NCBI GenBank assembly: GCA_037445065.1
Contig: JBBILD010000006.1
Coordinates: 128,001 to 192,000 of the forward strand
Direction: 5' to 3'
DNA from: Myxococcales bacterium
GTDB lineage: Bacteria > Desulfobacterota > Binatia > HRBIN30
DNA: 64,000 nt
This document shows positions 1 to 10,298 of this stretch, in pieces. Below the pieces are notes generated by a model, which saw only the letters and a list, made by a program, of their open reading frames with translations, ran no database searches and was not told the origin of the DNA. Numbering within the stretch: position 1 is the first letter of the stretch; each line of letters opens with the position of its first letter. A program made the position numbers and the translations under genes.

Positions 1-1
1 G

Positions 2-3000
2 GGCTTTAGCGGGCAACTGCTGGGCGGCCTTGTCCCCGACGGGCCACCCGCGAACGACGGGCCCACCACCGGTGTGATTCGGTACCGGGCCACGATCCTG
101 GACCAATACACAGACGATTTTCCTTCCGGCGATCCGAGCCTGAATAGTGGGGATAGTGTGAGCAATTCGGTGACCATTGTAGGCGAGGTGCTCGACAACG
201 CGACTCTGACGCCGACGGGTTTCTCCGAAGACGATAGCAGTGGAGCTGGTTTGACGATCCCGATTGGCGGGTTGGTGAAGAGCATTTACGCCCGTAACGG
301 CGTTGTGGGCTCCTTTACGCAGATCGCTCCCGGCGACACGGTCACCTTCCGTCTGCAGTACACCATTCCCACTGGTGATGTAGAGGCGTTACGGCTGCAG
401 GATTATCTGCCGTTGCCCGTTCTGTTTGCGACCGAGGTAACCACTTTCGTTGACACGGTTTCGGCGGCGCCGCCCGCCGCAGGTTTTGCCCAATTCGGCC
501 CTGCGGATACATTTCGGGCGCTTTCCGGGATCGTTCCCTCGATCAACGTGGATGCGACCGCGAACTTGCTCGAGTTCGTGTACGGCACGTACGCAAACCC
601 GGCGAATACGTCGGCGGTGGTAGACGTGTTGTTCACGGTAACCGTGTCGGCGAATCCGTTCACGGATGGATTGTTCCTGACTAACCAAGTGCGTGCTCGA
701 GGACAGAACACGCAGATGGAAACCACCACCACGTCAGACAGCATTGTTCAATTCCAGCTCACCGAGCCGGTCATCCAGTGGAGCAATATCAAAGGCGCCG
801 TCGCCAGTTCGAATCCCGCCGCGATCTTCAGCCCCGGGGCGGTGGGGCCTGTCTCCTTTACCGCACCGGGGAGCGGCTGCCCGCGTTTCTCGGGTACGAT
901 TCACTCGAACGGGCTAGCCGCCACGCCGATCCGTAGCGACGTGTCCAACGTAGATGCGGGGGATCTCGTTACGTTCGCCATTGTCGTAGAAAACACGGGG
1001 AGTGGCCTGCGTGGTGCTTTCGATGTGCGGCTGCGCGATACGTTGCCTCCTGGATTCTCGATCCCGAGCGGCGGCCCGAATCTCTGCGTGACGGATGGCA
1101 CAGGTGCCCCGATTTCCTTCGCGAACCTCGGAGGAGGCTTGTTCGACCCGGCGGGCGGGATTGAACTGGTGGATCCCGGACCGACCTCTTCTCCGGAGGG
1201 CGCATTGGACCCGTATGACCCGACCAACGGGCGCAACATCGCCGTGATCACCTTTGACTTGAGAGTGGATGGTCCCTCGGATCCGGCTCCGGTGGCACCG
1301 CGGCAGCAACTGGTGAACACCACCACGCTGTTCAACTACGCAGGTGCGGAAGGCGGTCCGGACCATACCTTGTCCGATCCCTCGGACACCGCCACGGCGA
1401 CAATTGCTTCGCCGGCCGTCGCAAAGGCGATCACCGCTATTGTCCCGAACGGAACTGGAGGTGCGAGTACCACGGCGGGAGACATTGTGACCTACACGAT
1501 CACTGTGACCTTGCCGGAAGGGGTCACCCCGGGGCTCACGCTCACCGATCGCCTCCCGACCGGTTTCCAGTACGTTAGCGGCAGCGTGACGGTGGTTCCG
1601 GGAAGTTTCAATGGAACGGTGACGTCGTCCCCCGCAGTGTCGGTGAGTGGCACGCCGGCCACGGGCCAAATCGTGACGATGAGTTTCGGCAACGTCAGCG
1701 TCAATGATGACAACGTCCCCACGAACAACAGTTTTCAAGTCACCTTGGAAGCACAAGTCATGAACGTTGCGCAGAACAATGGTGCGTCCTCGCCACAAAC
1801 CAAGACCAATCGAGTCGACCTGAATTTTACCGGTAACCCGGGAGGAGTGATCACCAGCACCGTTAGCACGACCTTCCGCGAACCGCGGCTGACGATCAGT
1901 AAGACCATGTCGCCCTCTAGCCCAGACGCCGGGGACTTGGTCACGATCACGCTGGTCGTGAACAACACCGGGACCTCGCAGGCGCACGACGTGGTGGTCA
2001 CGGACACCTTGCCGGCGAGTCTGTTTGACACGACTCCTGTCGTTTCGGTCAATGAGGGAACCACTCCCCCCGGTTTTGTCTACGCTTATTTTCCCCCCAC
2101 CGTAACCTACACGGGCGGGCCAATCCCTGCGGGTGCATCCCGCATGTTTACGTTCACGGCCCGCGTGCGGAGCGACGTGGTCACGGGTTCCTCGTACGTG
2201 AACTCCGCTTCGGTGACAGGAGACTCTCAGGCCGGCGTGGTGCCAGAACAACGTACCACGACCGCAAATGCCAGTGCGACTGCCTCAGTGCCGGCAACGA
2301 CTGCGAACAAGGATGTATTCGCCACTTCGGAGTCCACCACCGATCCCGGAGACGCGAACGCCAATGCCAATCCGCCGGTCGCGATCGGCGAAGTGGTGAC
2401 TTTCCGGCTCACGTTCTCCTTGCCGGAAGGCGTGACCCGATCCGTCACCCTGGTGGATGCTTTGCCTGCCGGGCTGCAGCACATTCCGGGGACTGCGTTT
2501 TTGACTCGGAGCAGCACCGCGCTTGTGGCTACGAACGACCCGGGTGGGATCAACGCTGCTGCCCCCGGGACCCCGGTGGCGGTCACTTTATCCGGTGTGA
2601 GCGGTGAGATCACGCTCAACCTCGGGGACGTTACGAACTCTGACTCCGACAACACGACCCCCGAGCGATACACGCTGACGTTTGGAGCCGTGGTGGAAAA
2701 CTCGGCTGCAAACAATGCCGGCACCAATTTGGTGAACATCGGCCGCATTCGCTTCGAAAACTTCAATGGAGTGACGCAGCAAGTGGATACGAACACACGC
2801 ACCGTACACGTGGCCGAGCCAGTGTTGTCCGTGGACAAGTCGGCGAGCCCGACCACAGCCAGCGGCGGAACGCTGGTGACGTTCACGTTAGTGGTGTCGA
2901 ATACCGCTTCCGGAACGAATGCGGCGAGCGCCTTCGATTGGACGGTTACCGACCCATTGCCGAGCTACTACCTCTCGCCCTCGGTCAGTTCGGTGAACAC

Positions 3001-6000
3001 AGGTAGCACTGGCGCAGCGGTGAGCGCCTCCTTCACTGGCAATACTTTGAACGCGACCATTGACCAACTCGATCCGGGAGAATCCGTAACGATCGCGTAC
3101 ACAGCTACGGTCGATCCAGGTGTGGCCTTCAGCTTGGTGATCACGAACACTGCAACAGCGACGGCTACGAGTTTGCCCGGACCGAACGGCTCAGGTGGCG
3201 TGACGCCCGGTGCCCCTGGTTCGACCACCGGCGAGCGCACCGGCGCGGGCGGCGTGAACGACTTGTTAGCCGCCGACTCTGCGCAGGTGACGATCGATGC
3301 TCCTTCTCTCACCAAGGTCACGGTCAACCCGGAGCCGTACACGCCGATTTCGGGTGTGGCGACGTTCCGCGTAACGGCAGGTGTCCCCACGGGAACGACC
3401 AGCAGCCTCGTGGTTACGGATACTCTCGCATCCGGACTGGAATACGTCCCCGGCTCCCTGTCCGTGGTTCTGCCGGCTGGCGCAACCAGTTCTAACGCAC
3501 CGCTGAACGACGCCAACCCGGCCTTCTTTTCGCAATCTGGGAACGTGCTGACCTTCGACTTCGGCACGTTATCTGCGCCGAACCCGGGCAATTTGGAGAT
3601 CACTTACGACGTCCGCGTGCGGAACATCCTGGCTAATCAAGAGGGGGTAATCTTGGGAAATTCCGCCACCCTCCAGTTTACCGACCCGAACACCGCTGGG
3701 ACCATCACCTTAGGGCCGGTGTCCACTGCGGACCCGGTCCGCGTCGGTGAGCCCAACCTCACGTTGTTCAAAGTGGTGCTTTCTGGGGGAGTAGGTGCGG
3801 ATGCGGGGGATACGGTGCGCTGGCGCGTTACCCTGCAGAATACCGGTCACACGCCGGCGTACCAGTTGAACTGGAGCGACGCGCTACCCGACGGGCTGAA
3901 CCAGATCAGCAACGTGAGCGTGACGACAAGTGGCGGCAACGTGTTCTTGAACGGGACCACGACCCCGGTCACCACCGCACACGCGACGGTTTCGACAACG
4001 ACGAACACGAACGACACGATTGCCCTGCCGCTGCTCGAGATGTGGCCTGGAGCAGTGCTGAACATCGAATTCGATTCGGTGGTGATGAACACGGTGACGC
4101 CAGGGCAAGTACTCAACAACCAGACCCGGGCTAACTATACCAGCCTTGTCAGTGGTGGGCGCGATAACTCTTCGAACCCTGGGAACGTGGACGACGACAA
4201 CAACGCGGACCTGAACAACTACGAAGAGTCGGTGAGCCAGTCGATCACCGTGGCCTCGGATGTGGCCATTGACAAGCTGGTGACTCCAACCGTTTACACG
4301 ATTGGGCAAACCGTGACCTACCGCGTGCGGCTGGACGTGATCGAGGGTACGCTGCCTGCCCTTATTCTGACCGACGTGTTGCCCGCTGGGCTCACGTATG
4401 TGAGTCACGTGATTTCGTTTGGCAACATGGGGATGGTTGCGACCAACCCAACGTACAACACTCGTTTGGGAAGCGGCCAAACCGTCCAGTTCAACTTTGG
4501 AGATCTGATCAACCCGGGAAATGGCAGCTTCGTGGACGACTTCTTCACCGTGGACATCCAGGCTCGCGTGGACAACGTTGCGGCGAACCAAAACGGCACG
4601 GTGCTGCGCAACGGCGAGCAGGCGGAGGGATCCACGGTGTCGGTGCAGTATGGAGTCGGTACTCCCACGGTTTTAGTTTTCGACGAGGATGCCGGTGCAC
4701 CAGGAATCCAGGGCGTGCCGATCACCATTGTCGAGCCTGAACTCGAAGTCGAGAAGACCGTGTCGCCCACGTCGCAGGCCTTAGGTGACGAGGTGACGTT
4801 TACGGTGACCGTGCGACACGCAGCGAGCAGTACTGCGGATGCGTTCGATTTGGAGATCAACGACACCTTGCCGAGCGGCCTGAGCTACGTCAGTGGATCC
4901 GCCACCCTTCCTCCTGCGGACGTGACCGTTAGCGGCCAGAACCTGACCTTCCGCATTTCGTCTCTGACACTGATTGCCGGGAGCCGGACGTTTACGTACC
5001 GCGCTCGCGTCGAGCCCACAGCTTCGGTTGGCTCGGTGCAGACCAACAACCTGGTGCTTACCTGGTCGAGCTTGCCCGGTGCGACGGGCAGCTCGAGCAG
5101 TGGCCGTACCGGGTCGGGTGGCGTCAATGATTACATCCAAACGGACTCGGCCTCGGTAACCGTCCGGGCGCCTGCTTTCATCGAGGCGGTGAAAACGGTG
5201 ACGGATCTGAACGGCGGTCGTGTGATTCCGGGTGAAACGCTGCAGTACAACGTTGCGCTGGTGAATGGGCCTACCACGGTCACCAACGTTGTGTTTACCG
5301 ATTCGCTTCCGGCCTACGTGACGTACGTTCCGGGTTCGCTGTCCACGACTGCTGGGACGGGCTCGGTTGTGGGCACCGTGATCACGGTGAACATTCCGAC
5401 GTTGAACCCGAATCAGGTCGTGAACATTAGTTTTCAGGTGGTGGTGAATCCAGGCACCCAGCAGGGCACGCTCATTTCCAATCAGGGGGTCGTGGACTCA
5501 CCCATGACCGAGCCAGAGCCCACGGACTGGGATGGCAACGATGGCAACGGGGATCAACCCACGGACGTGATTGTGGAAGGCACCCGCCGCGGGTCGTTGC
5601 GAGTCTCGAAGAGCGTGGCCCTGATTGGCGACACCGTTGCGCCGGTGGGCACGCTGAATTCTGGGGACACGGTACGGTATAGCATCGTCATTCTGAACGA
5701 CGGACCGGTCGCAGTGACGAACGTCGCCTTTTCGGACTCCGTACCGGTAGGCCCTCCGGGAGTCGTGGTCACAAATGTCTCCACGACGCGAGGGACCGCA
5801 CCTCCGCCTTCGAACAACGTCGTGATCTCGGATATCGGAACGGTTCAGCCAGGTGAGACGGTTACGATCACGATCGAGGGTACCGTGAACGGCGATGGTT
5901 TGGTGTGTAACCAGGGATCCGTTTCCAGTACGGAGACGGGCAACGTATTGTCGGACTCGAATAACAACAGGAGCGACGGCGCCCAGCCTACCTGCGTTTT

Positions 6001-7543
6001 GGCGGAGCCCGCTTCTACGTCTGGCTCTCCCGCCCTCGCTATCGACAAGCAGTATGCCTTGCTGGCAGACACGAATCGCAGCGGCGGAATCAACGCGGGG
6101 GAAATCGTGCGTTACACGGTAACCATCACCAATCTGGGGAGCGCTTCTGCGACTGATGTGAGTCTCGAAGACTTCATACCGGCAGGGGTTACTTTGATTT
6201 CCGGGAGCGTCCGGCCGAGCCAAGGCTTGGTGGTTTCCGAGTCGCCGGTGCAGGTAAATCTCGGAATCCTTGATCCGGGAGGCATTGCCACGGTCACTTA
6301 CGATGTGGTGGTAGATACCGCGCCGCCCGGTAGCTTGGTGACGAATACGGCGCGAACCCGTAGTGCCCAGGGTGACGATAGTTCCGATTCGAGTACCTTT
6401 AGTGTGCAATCCGACCGGATCGACGTGGCCCTGCAAAAGTCGCACACCGATGCCTTCTGGGTCGGGCAAACGGCCGCTTACACCCTCACCGTCCGGAATG
6501 CTGGAACCTTGGCAACGTCCGGGCCGATCGTCGTGACGGACACGCTGCCAGCGGGGCTCACGTTCGTCTCGGCCGCGGGGGCGGGCTGGAGTTGCAATGC
6601 CAGTGGCCAAACGGTGACCTGTTCGTATTCTGCCAGTTTGCCTGTGGGAGCGACGGCTTCGTTCGAATTGCGCGTGGCTGTCGGGTCCGCCGCGTACCCG
6701 ACGGTCACAAACACTGCGCAGGTTTCTACCTCTGGTGACACCGTGGCCTCGAACAACTTCGCCAGTGACCCGACCACGATCCGGCGAGATGCGCCGCCCA
6801 CGTCGACTCCGACTCGCACGCCGACCCCGCCGAGCGGGGGCACCGCAACTGCGACACCGACGGGTGGCGTCGTTTCTCCGTCGCCTACCAGCGCTGGGGG
6901 AACTCCGACGCGTACGCGCACGCCCACGCGTACCCCCACTCCCACGCGTACGTTGACGGCTGCGCCGACCGCCAGCGCTACCCGCACGGGAACCAGTGTG
7001 GTCAGCCCCACGCCGACGCGAACCGGTACGCCGGGTGTGCTGCCAACGGCAGGCGCGGATTGTTCTGGAAGCCAGCGATTGCGGATCGTGTGGACGGCGC
7101 GGCGCCCAGCGGAAGCCACGGTTTGGATTTCAGCCAACCGGTGCAAGACCCCGCCGCGCTGCTTCGAGCCAGAGGTGGTAGGCTCGACGGTGATCGTGCC
7201 ACCTGTGCTGCTGGAGGTAAGCGACCCGAACGGCTTCGCGATCTCTAGCGAGCTCGAATCCATCCCGAGCCACCAAGGGAAGTGTCCCGGTGGGGTGGAC
7301 GCGTTCTGCCATACGAGCGACGCGGAGTACCACATCGATCGAGTTCGCTTCATCTATGGCCGCACCGGTGTGACCACGCTACGCGGTAAGCTTCACTTCC
7401 GACTGGAGCCCCCCGTACTCCCCAGCTTCGTGTCTCCGATCAAAGTCAAACTCGAGGACCGGGGCGGCTATCGGCTGGAGCTCACTTTCACGGACTGTCA
7501 GTGGCGGAGCACGGCGACAGCGACCCGGTTGCAATGCCGTTGA
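2..7543 (+). CDS. Giant surface/adhesin protein with tandem isopeptide-forming (fimbrial D2/DUF11-like) Ig domains, Pro/Thr linker and Cys-containing C-terminal domain; 5'-truncated by the window edge
   Basis: Frame is open from base 2, so GTG74 is probably internal. At least 12 repeats of K..GD.VT(F/Y)T+...D.LP.G+.YV.GS...N.A; PT-rich tract ~6790-7050. Confidence 0.85.
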   Translation, partial: GFSGQLLGGLVPDGPPANDGPTTGVIRYRATILDQYTDDFPSGDPSLNSGDSVSNSVTIVGEVLDNATLTPTGFSEDDSSGAGLTIPIGGLVKSIYARNGVVGSFTQIAPGDTVTFRLQYTIPTGDVEALRLQDYLPLPVLFATEVTTFVDTVSAAPPAAGFAQFGPADTFRALSGIVPSINVDATANLLEFVYGTYANPANTSAVVDVLFTVTVSANPFTDGLFLTNQVRARGQNTQMETTTTSDSIVQFQLTEPVIQWSNIKGAVASSNPAAIFSPGAVGPVSFTAPGSGCPRFSGTIHSNGLAATPIRSDVSNVDAGDLVTFAIVVENTGSGLRGAFDVRLRDTLPPGFSIPSGGPNLCVTDGTGAPISFANLGGGLFDPAGGIELVDPGPTSSPEGALDPYDPTNGRNIAVITFDLRVDGPSDPAPVAPRQQLVNTTTLFNYAGAEGGPDHTLSDPSDTATATIASPAVAKAITAIVPNGTGGASTTAGDIVTYTITVTLPEGVTPGLTLTDRLPTGFQYVSGSVTVVPGSFNGTVTSSPAVSVSGTPATGQIVTMSFGNVSVNDDNVPTNNSFQVTLEAQVMNVAQNNGASSPQTKTNRVDLNFTGNPGGVITSTVSTTFREPRLTISKTMSPSSPDAGDLVTITLVVNNTGTSQAHDVVVTDTLPASLFDTTPVVSVNEGTTPPGFVYAYFPPTVTYTGGPIPAGASRMFTFTARVRSDVVTGSSYVNSASVTGDSQAGVVPEQRTTTANASATASVPATTANKDVFATSESTTDPGDANANANPPVAIGEVVTFRLTFSLPEGVTRSVTLVDALPAGLQHIPGTAFLTRSSTALVATNDPGGINAAAPGTPVAVTLSGVSGEITLNLGDVTNSDSDNTTPERYTLTFGAVVENSAANNAGTNLVNIGRIRFENFNGVTQQVDTNTRTVHVAEPVLSVDKSASPTTASGGTLVTFTLVVSNTASGTNAASAFDWTVTDPLPSYYLSPSVSSVNTGSTGAAVSASFTGNTLNATIDQLDPGESVTIAYTATVDPGVAFSLVITNTATATATSLPGPNGSGGVTPGAPGSTTGERTGAGGVNDLLAADSAQVTIDAPSLTKVTVNPEPYTPISGVATFRVTAGVPTGTTSSLVVTDTLASGLEYVPGSLSVVLPAGATSSNAPLNDANPAFFSQSGNVLTFDFGTLSAPNPGNLEITYDVRVRNILANQEGVILGNSATLQFTDPNTAGTITLGPVSTADPVRVGEPNLTLFKVVLSGGVGADAGDTVRWRVTLQNTGHTPAYQLNWSDALPDGLNQISNVSVTTSGGNVFLNGTTTPVTTAHATVSTTTNTNDTIALPLLEMWPGAVLNIEFDSVVMNTVTPGQVLNNQTRANYTSLVSGGRDNSSNPGNVDDDNNADLNNYEESVSQSITVASDVAIDKLVTPTVYTIGQTVTYRVRLDVIEGTLPALILTDVLPAGLTYVSHVISFGNMGMVATNPTYNTRLGSGQTVQFNFGDLINPGNGSFVDDFFTVDIQARVDNVAANQNGTVLRNGEQAEGSTVSVQYGVGTPTVLVFDEDAGAPGIQGVPITIVEPELEVEKTVSPTSQALGDEVTFTVTVRHAASSTADAFDLEINDTLPSGLSYVSGSATLPPADVTVSGQNLTFRISSLTLIAGSRTFTYRARVEPTASVGSVQTNNLVLTWSSLPGATGSSSSGRTGSGGVNDYIQTDSASVTVRAPAFIEAVKTVTDLNGGRVIPGETLQYNVALVNGPTTVTNVVFTDSLPAYVTYVPGSLSTTAGTGSVVGTVITVNIPTLNPNQVVNISFQVVVNPGTQQGTLISNQGVVDSPMTEPEPTDWDGNDGNGDQPTDVIVEGTRRGSLRVSKSVALIGDTVAPVGTLNSGDTVRYSIVILNDGPVAVTNVAFSDSVPVGPPGVVVTNVSTTRGTAPPPSNNVVISDIGTVQPGETVTITIEGTVNGDGLVCNQGSVSSTETGNVLSDSNNNRSDGAQPTCVLAEPASTSGSPALAIDKQYALLADTNRSGGINAGEIVRYTVTITNLGSASATDVSLEDFIPAGVTLISGSVRPSQGLVVSESPVQVNLGILDPGGIATVTYDVVVDTAPPGSLVTNTARTRSAQGDDSSDSSTFSVQSDRIDVALQKSHTDAFWVGQTAAYTLTVRNAGTLATSGPIVVTDTLPAGLTFVSAAGAGWSCNASGQTVTCSYSASLPVGATASFELRVAVGSAAYPTVTNTAQVSTSGDTVASNNFASDPTTIRRDAPPTSTPTRTPTPPSGGTATATPTGGVVSPSPTSAGGTPTRTRTPTRTPTPTRTLTAAPTASATRTGTSVVSPTPTRTGTPGVLPTAGADCSGSQRLRIVWTARRPAEATVWISANRCKTPPRCFEPEVVGSTVIVPPVLLEVSDPNGFAISSELESIPSHQGKCPGGVDAFCHTSDAEYHIDRVRFIYGRTGVTTLRGKLHFRLEPPVLPSFVSPIKVKLEDRGGYRLELTFTDCQWRSTATATRLQCR

Positions 7544-7787
7544 GGAAGCCGCGGATTCGTTCGGGTGATCCTCACGGCATGCCGTTCTGCGGGAGGTCGC
7601 GCCTAGGGTGTGGCGCCCGCTCTCGCTCGGGCCACTGCCTCCAAGATCTCGAAGGAATTGGAGAAATGCGGGGCGAGTAAGGCATGAGCCCGAAAACGCG
7701 CCGAGCGGGCGCGAAAAGTTTCCTTGCTTAAGGTTGAACCGCGGAGTAGGCGTTAAGGTACCATTGGAGCTTGAAGGTCAGGGAAGG

Positions 7788-7868
7788 CTCGCAGGGTAGC
7801 CCCTGCGGGAGTTGGCGCTAGCCCTCTCTCTCTTAGCCCCCCTTCGGGAGAGAGGGCGGCGCTGACTC
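7788..7868 (+). ncRNA. Putative structured RNA element (two adjacent hairpins)
   Basis: 9-bp stem at 7788-7809, then a ~23-bp stem at 7809-7868 with several G-U pairs and a C-rich loop, in a 530-bp intergenic gap. Confidence 0.35.
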
Positions 7869-8073
7869 AGCCGGGCTTGCGGCGGGCAGAGCCGGGGTGG
7901 GTGTGGGCGTCACCGGGGTCTTCTGCGTGTGCGTCTGGGTGCGGAGCAGGGGCAGACCGCTACTGGCGGGCGGCCGTGACACAGGCGACGAGCATGAAAC
8001 CTCCGCGCGCCAGTTGCAGGAGGAGGCAGAAGCGGTTTCGGTTCGGATCGTTCTGGGCTAGAGGGGCGAGGTT

Positions 8074-9132
8074 ATGAAAGCCGTGATTCTCTGCGCGGGA
8101 TTGGGCACGAGATTGCGCCCGCTGACGTTTAGCACCGCAAAGCATCTCATCCCGGTGGCGAACAAGCCGGTGCTGTTCTTCGGAATCGAGAGCTTAGTGG
8201 AAGTCGGGGTGCGCGAAATCGGCATCGTCGTAAGCCGCGAGAGCCGCGGTCCGATCCAGAACGCCGTGGACGATGGTAGCCGGTGGGGAGCGCAGGTCAC
8301 GTACATCCAGCAGGAGCATCCTCGTGGCCTTGCGCACGCTTGTGCCTGTGCAGAAGAGTTCGTAGGGGGCGAGCCATTTATCATGTATCTGGGGGACAAT
8401 TTGCTCCCGGACGGCCTCAAGGAGCCGGTCGCCTTGTTCGAGAGAAGCGGCGCAAATTCCGTCGTTCTGCTGAAGGAAGTCGAAGACCCCACTCGTTTTG
8501 GGATTGCAGAGATCGAGGGAGATCGCATTGTCCGCCTGGTGGAAAAACCCAAGCAACCGCGTTCGAATCTGGCCATCGTCGGTGGGTACCTGTTCGATCA
8601 TCATATCTTCGAATCGATCCGCCAAATTCAGCCGTCGTGGCGAGGAGAGTACGAGATCACCGACGCGATTCAGAATCTGATCGATCGCGGTCTCACCGTC
8701 TTGCCCTATATCGTCCCTGGTTGGTGGAAAGACACGGGAAAGCCCGAGGACATCTTGGACGCGAACCGCGTGGTCTTGGACGGTATGAAGAGCCGGATCG
8801 AGGGGAAGCTTGACGCGGCGAGTAAGCTCAGCGGGGAGGTCATTATCGAAGAGGGCGCCGAAGTGATTGGTTCCCGCTTGCGGGGGCCGCTCATTATCGG
8901 GAAAGAGGCGCGCGTGATCGAATCGGAGATCGGTCCGTACGTTTCTCTTGGCGACCGTAGCCACGTAACGCGTTGCCGGCTCGAGAACTGCGTGGTGATG
9001 GAGGACAGCCGGCTCGAAGCCGTTCGGCAGCCGATCCGCGATAGTTTGCTTGGTCGGCGGGTGTCGGTCTCGGGGGCGCTCGCCGCGACACGCTTGCTGC
9101 TCGGGGACGATTGCGAAGTCGAACTGTCCTGA
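8074..9132 (+). CDS. Glucose-1-phosphate thymidylyltransferase (long form)
   Basis: MKAVILCAGLGTRLRPLT, GLAHA, YLGDN, LVEKP, GEYEITDA, WWKDTG; C-terminal hexapeptide-like region. Confidence 0.92.
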   Translation: MKAVILCAGLGTRLRPLTFSTAKHLIPVANKPVLFFGIESLVEVGVREIGIVVSRESRGPIQNAVDDGSRWGAQVTYIQQEHPRGLAHACACAEEFVGGEPFIMYLGDNLLPDGLKEPVALFERSGANSVVLLKEVEDPTRFGIAEIEGDRIVRLVEKPKQPRSNLAIVGGYLFDHHIFESIRQIQPSWRGEYEITDAIQNLIDRGLTVLPYIVPGWWKDTGKPEDILDANRVVLDGMKSRIEGKLDAASKLSGEVIIEEGAEVIGSRLRGPLIIGKEARVIESEIGPYVSLGDRSHVTRCRLENCVVMEDSRLEAVRQPIRDSLLGRRVSVSGALAATRLLLGDDCEVELS

Positions 9133-9218
9133 GCGAAGCAATCGTATGGCCCGATGGACAAGGTGCCCCAAGTAGTGCTCGAGGCGAAACAGAGTTAGGC
9201 GTTTTCGGTCGGAGCAGA

Positions 9219-9548
9219 ATGGTGCCCAGGAACCCAAGCACCCAGCCGGTTGTGTCGGTGCGGGCAAAACCCAGCCTTGCCGAAGCAGTCACGGCGCTGC
9301 GCTTGACATGGCGGTTGCTGCGCGACGGGCGGGTCCCACTGTGGGCCAAGCTCGTGCCGTTGGGTGCGCTTCTGTATGTGTTGCTTCCGTATGACATTCT
9401 CCCCGACGTCCTGCCTGGACTGGGGCAAGTGGATGACGCGATCTTGCTGTGGGCCGCCTACCGTTTCTTCGTGTGGCTCTGTCCGAGCGAGGTCGTGGAC
9501 GAGCATCGTGCTGCTCTCGCGCGCCGCCTGACTCCCGGAACCGGGTGA
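9219..9548 (+). CDS. YkvA/DUF1232 family small membrane protein
   Basis: LLRDGRVPLWAK..YVLLPYDILPDVLPGLGQVDD signature; GGAG upstream of ATG9219. Confidence 0.85.
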   Translation: MVPRNPSTQPVVSVRAKPSLAEAVTALRLTWRLLRDGRVPLWAKLVPLGALLYVLLPYDILPDVLPGLGQVDDAILLWAAYRFFVWLCPSEVVDEHRAALARRLTPGTG

Positions 9549-9651
9549 TGACCGGCAGGCAACCGCCAGAACCGCTAGTGGGTGGAGCGGAGAGACGAAC
9601 GCCAGTACGCGTGCAGGTGAAAGCAGAACGCTGCGGTGATCATCACACCGC

Positions 9652-10290
9652 TCACCGCAGCCAAGTGCCGATCCGGTGGAAGTTCCAGCCCGACCAGTAC
9701 ACGAAGGTAGCGCGGCCTTTGATTGCCTTCTCGTCGGCAAAGCCCCAGTAGCGACTATCGAGACTTTCGTCGCGGTTGTCCCCCATCACGAAAAACTTTC
9801 CAGGTGGAACGACCACTGGGCCGAAGTTGTCACGCGGCACGCCGTTGACGTCCTGCGGAAATTTGAAGTGGGCATGAGGATCGGGCGCAGGCTCGCCATT
9901 GATGTAGAGGCGCTTGTGGCGGACTTCGACTCGGTCGCCTGCCACGGCCACCACGCGTTTGATCAAATCCGTTTTGCCGTCAGCCGGGGAGACAAAGACG
10001 ACGATATCGCCGCGCCGTGGACTGCCCCAATGGACTACGGGAACAACGATGCCTGTGAACGGTACGTCGAAGTGCAGGCCATAGGCGAGCTTATTGACGA
10101 ACAAGTGATCCCCGATCTGGATGGTGGGCAGCATCGAGCCGGACGGTACCCAGAAGGCCTCCACGATGGTGGCGCGAATCGCCAGCGCAACGAGCAAGGC
10201 AACGGCCAAAGACTCGAGATTCTGGCGCAGTTTCGACTTCGCAGCGGCGGAGTTCTGGTTGGCTGTGGCCTTGACTTTCGCTTCTGACAT
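9652..10290 (-). CDS. lepB: Signal peptidase I
   Basis: PSGSMLPT (catalytic Ser), LIKRVVAVAGD (Lys), MGDNRDESLDSR; N-terminal TM helix. Confidence 0.95.
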   Translation of the reverse strand: MSEAKVKATANQNSAAAKSKLRQNLESLAVALLVALAIRATIVEAFWVPSGSMLPTIQIGDHLFVNKLAYGLHFDVPFTGIVVPVVHWGSPRRGDIVVFVSPADGKTDLIKRVVAVAGDRVEVRHKRLYINGEPAPDPHAHFKFPQDVNGVPRDNFGPVVVPPGKFFVMGDNRDESLDSRYWGFADEKAIKGRATFVYWSGWNFHRIGTWLR

Positions 10291-10298
10291 CGGTGACC

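Noticed and set aside
6790..7050. Tandem-repeat or CRISPR-like periodicity (also ~47690-47775 and ~60860-61320)
   Set aside because: Explained by Pro/Thr linker codons; no identical repeats with unique spacers and no cas genes.
914..7353. Long antisense ORFs within the adhesin and other genes
   Set aside because: Shadow frames from GC-rich codon bias opposite well-supported genes.
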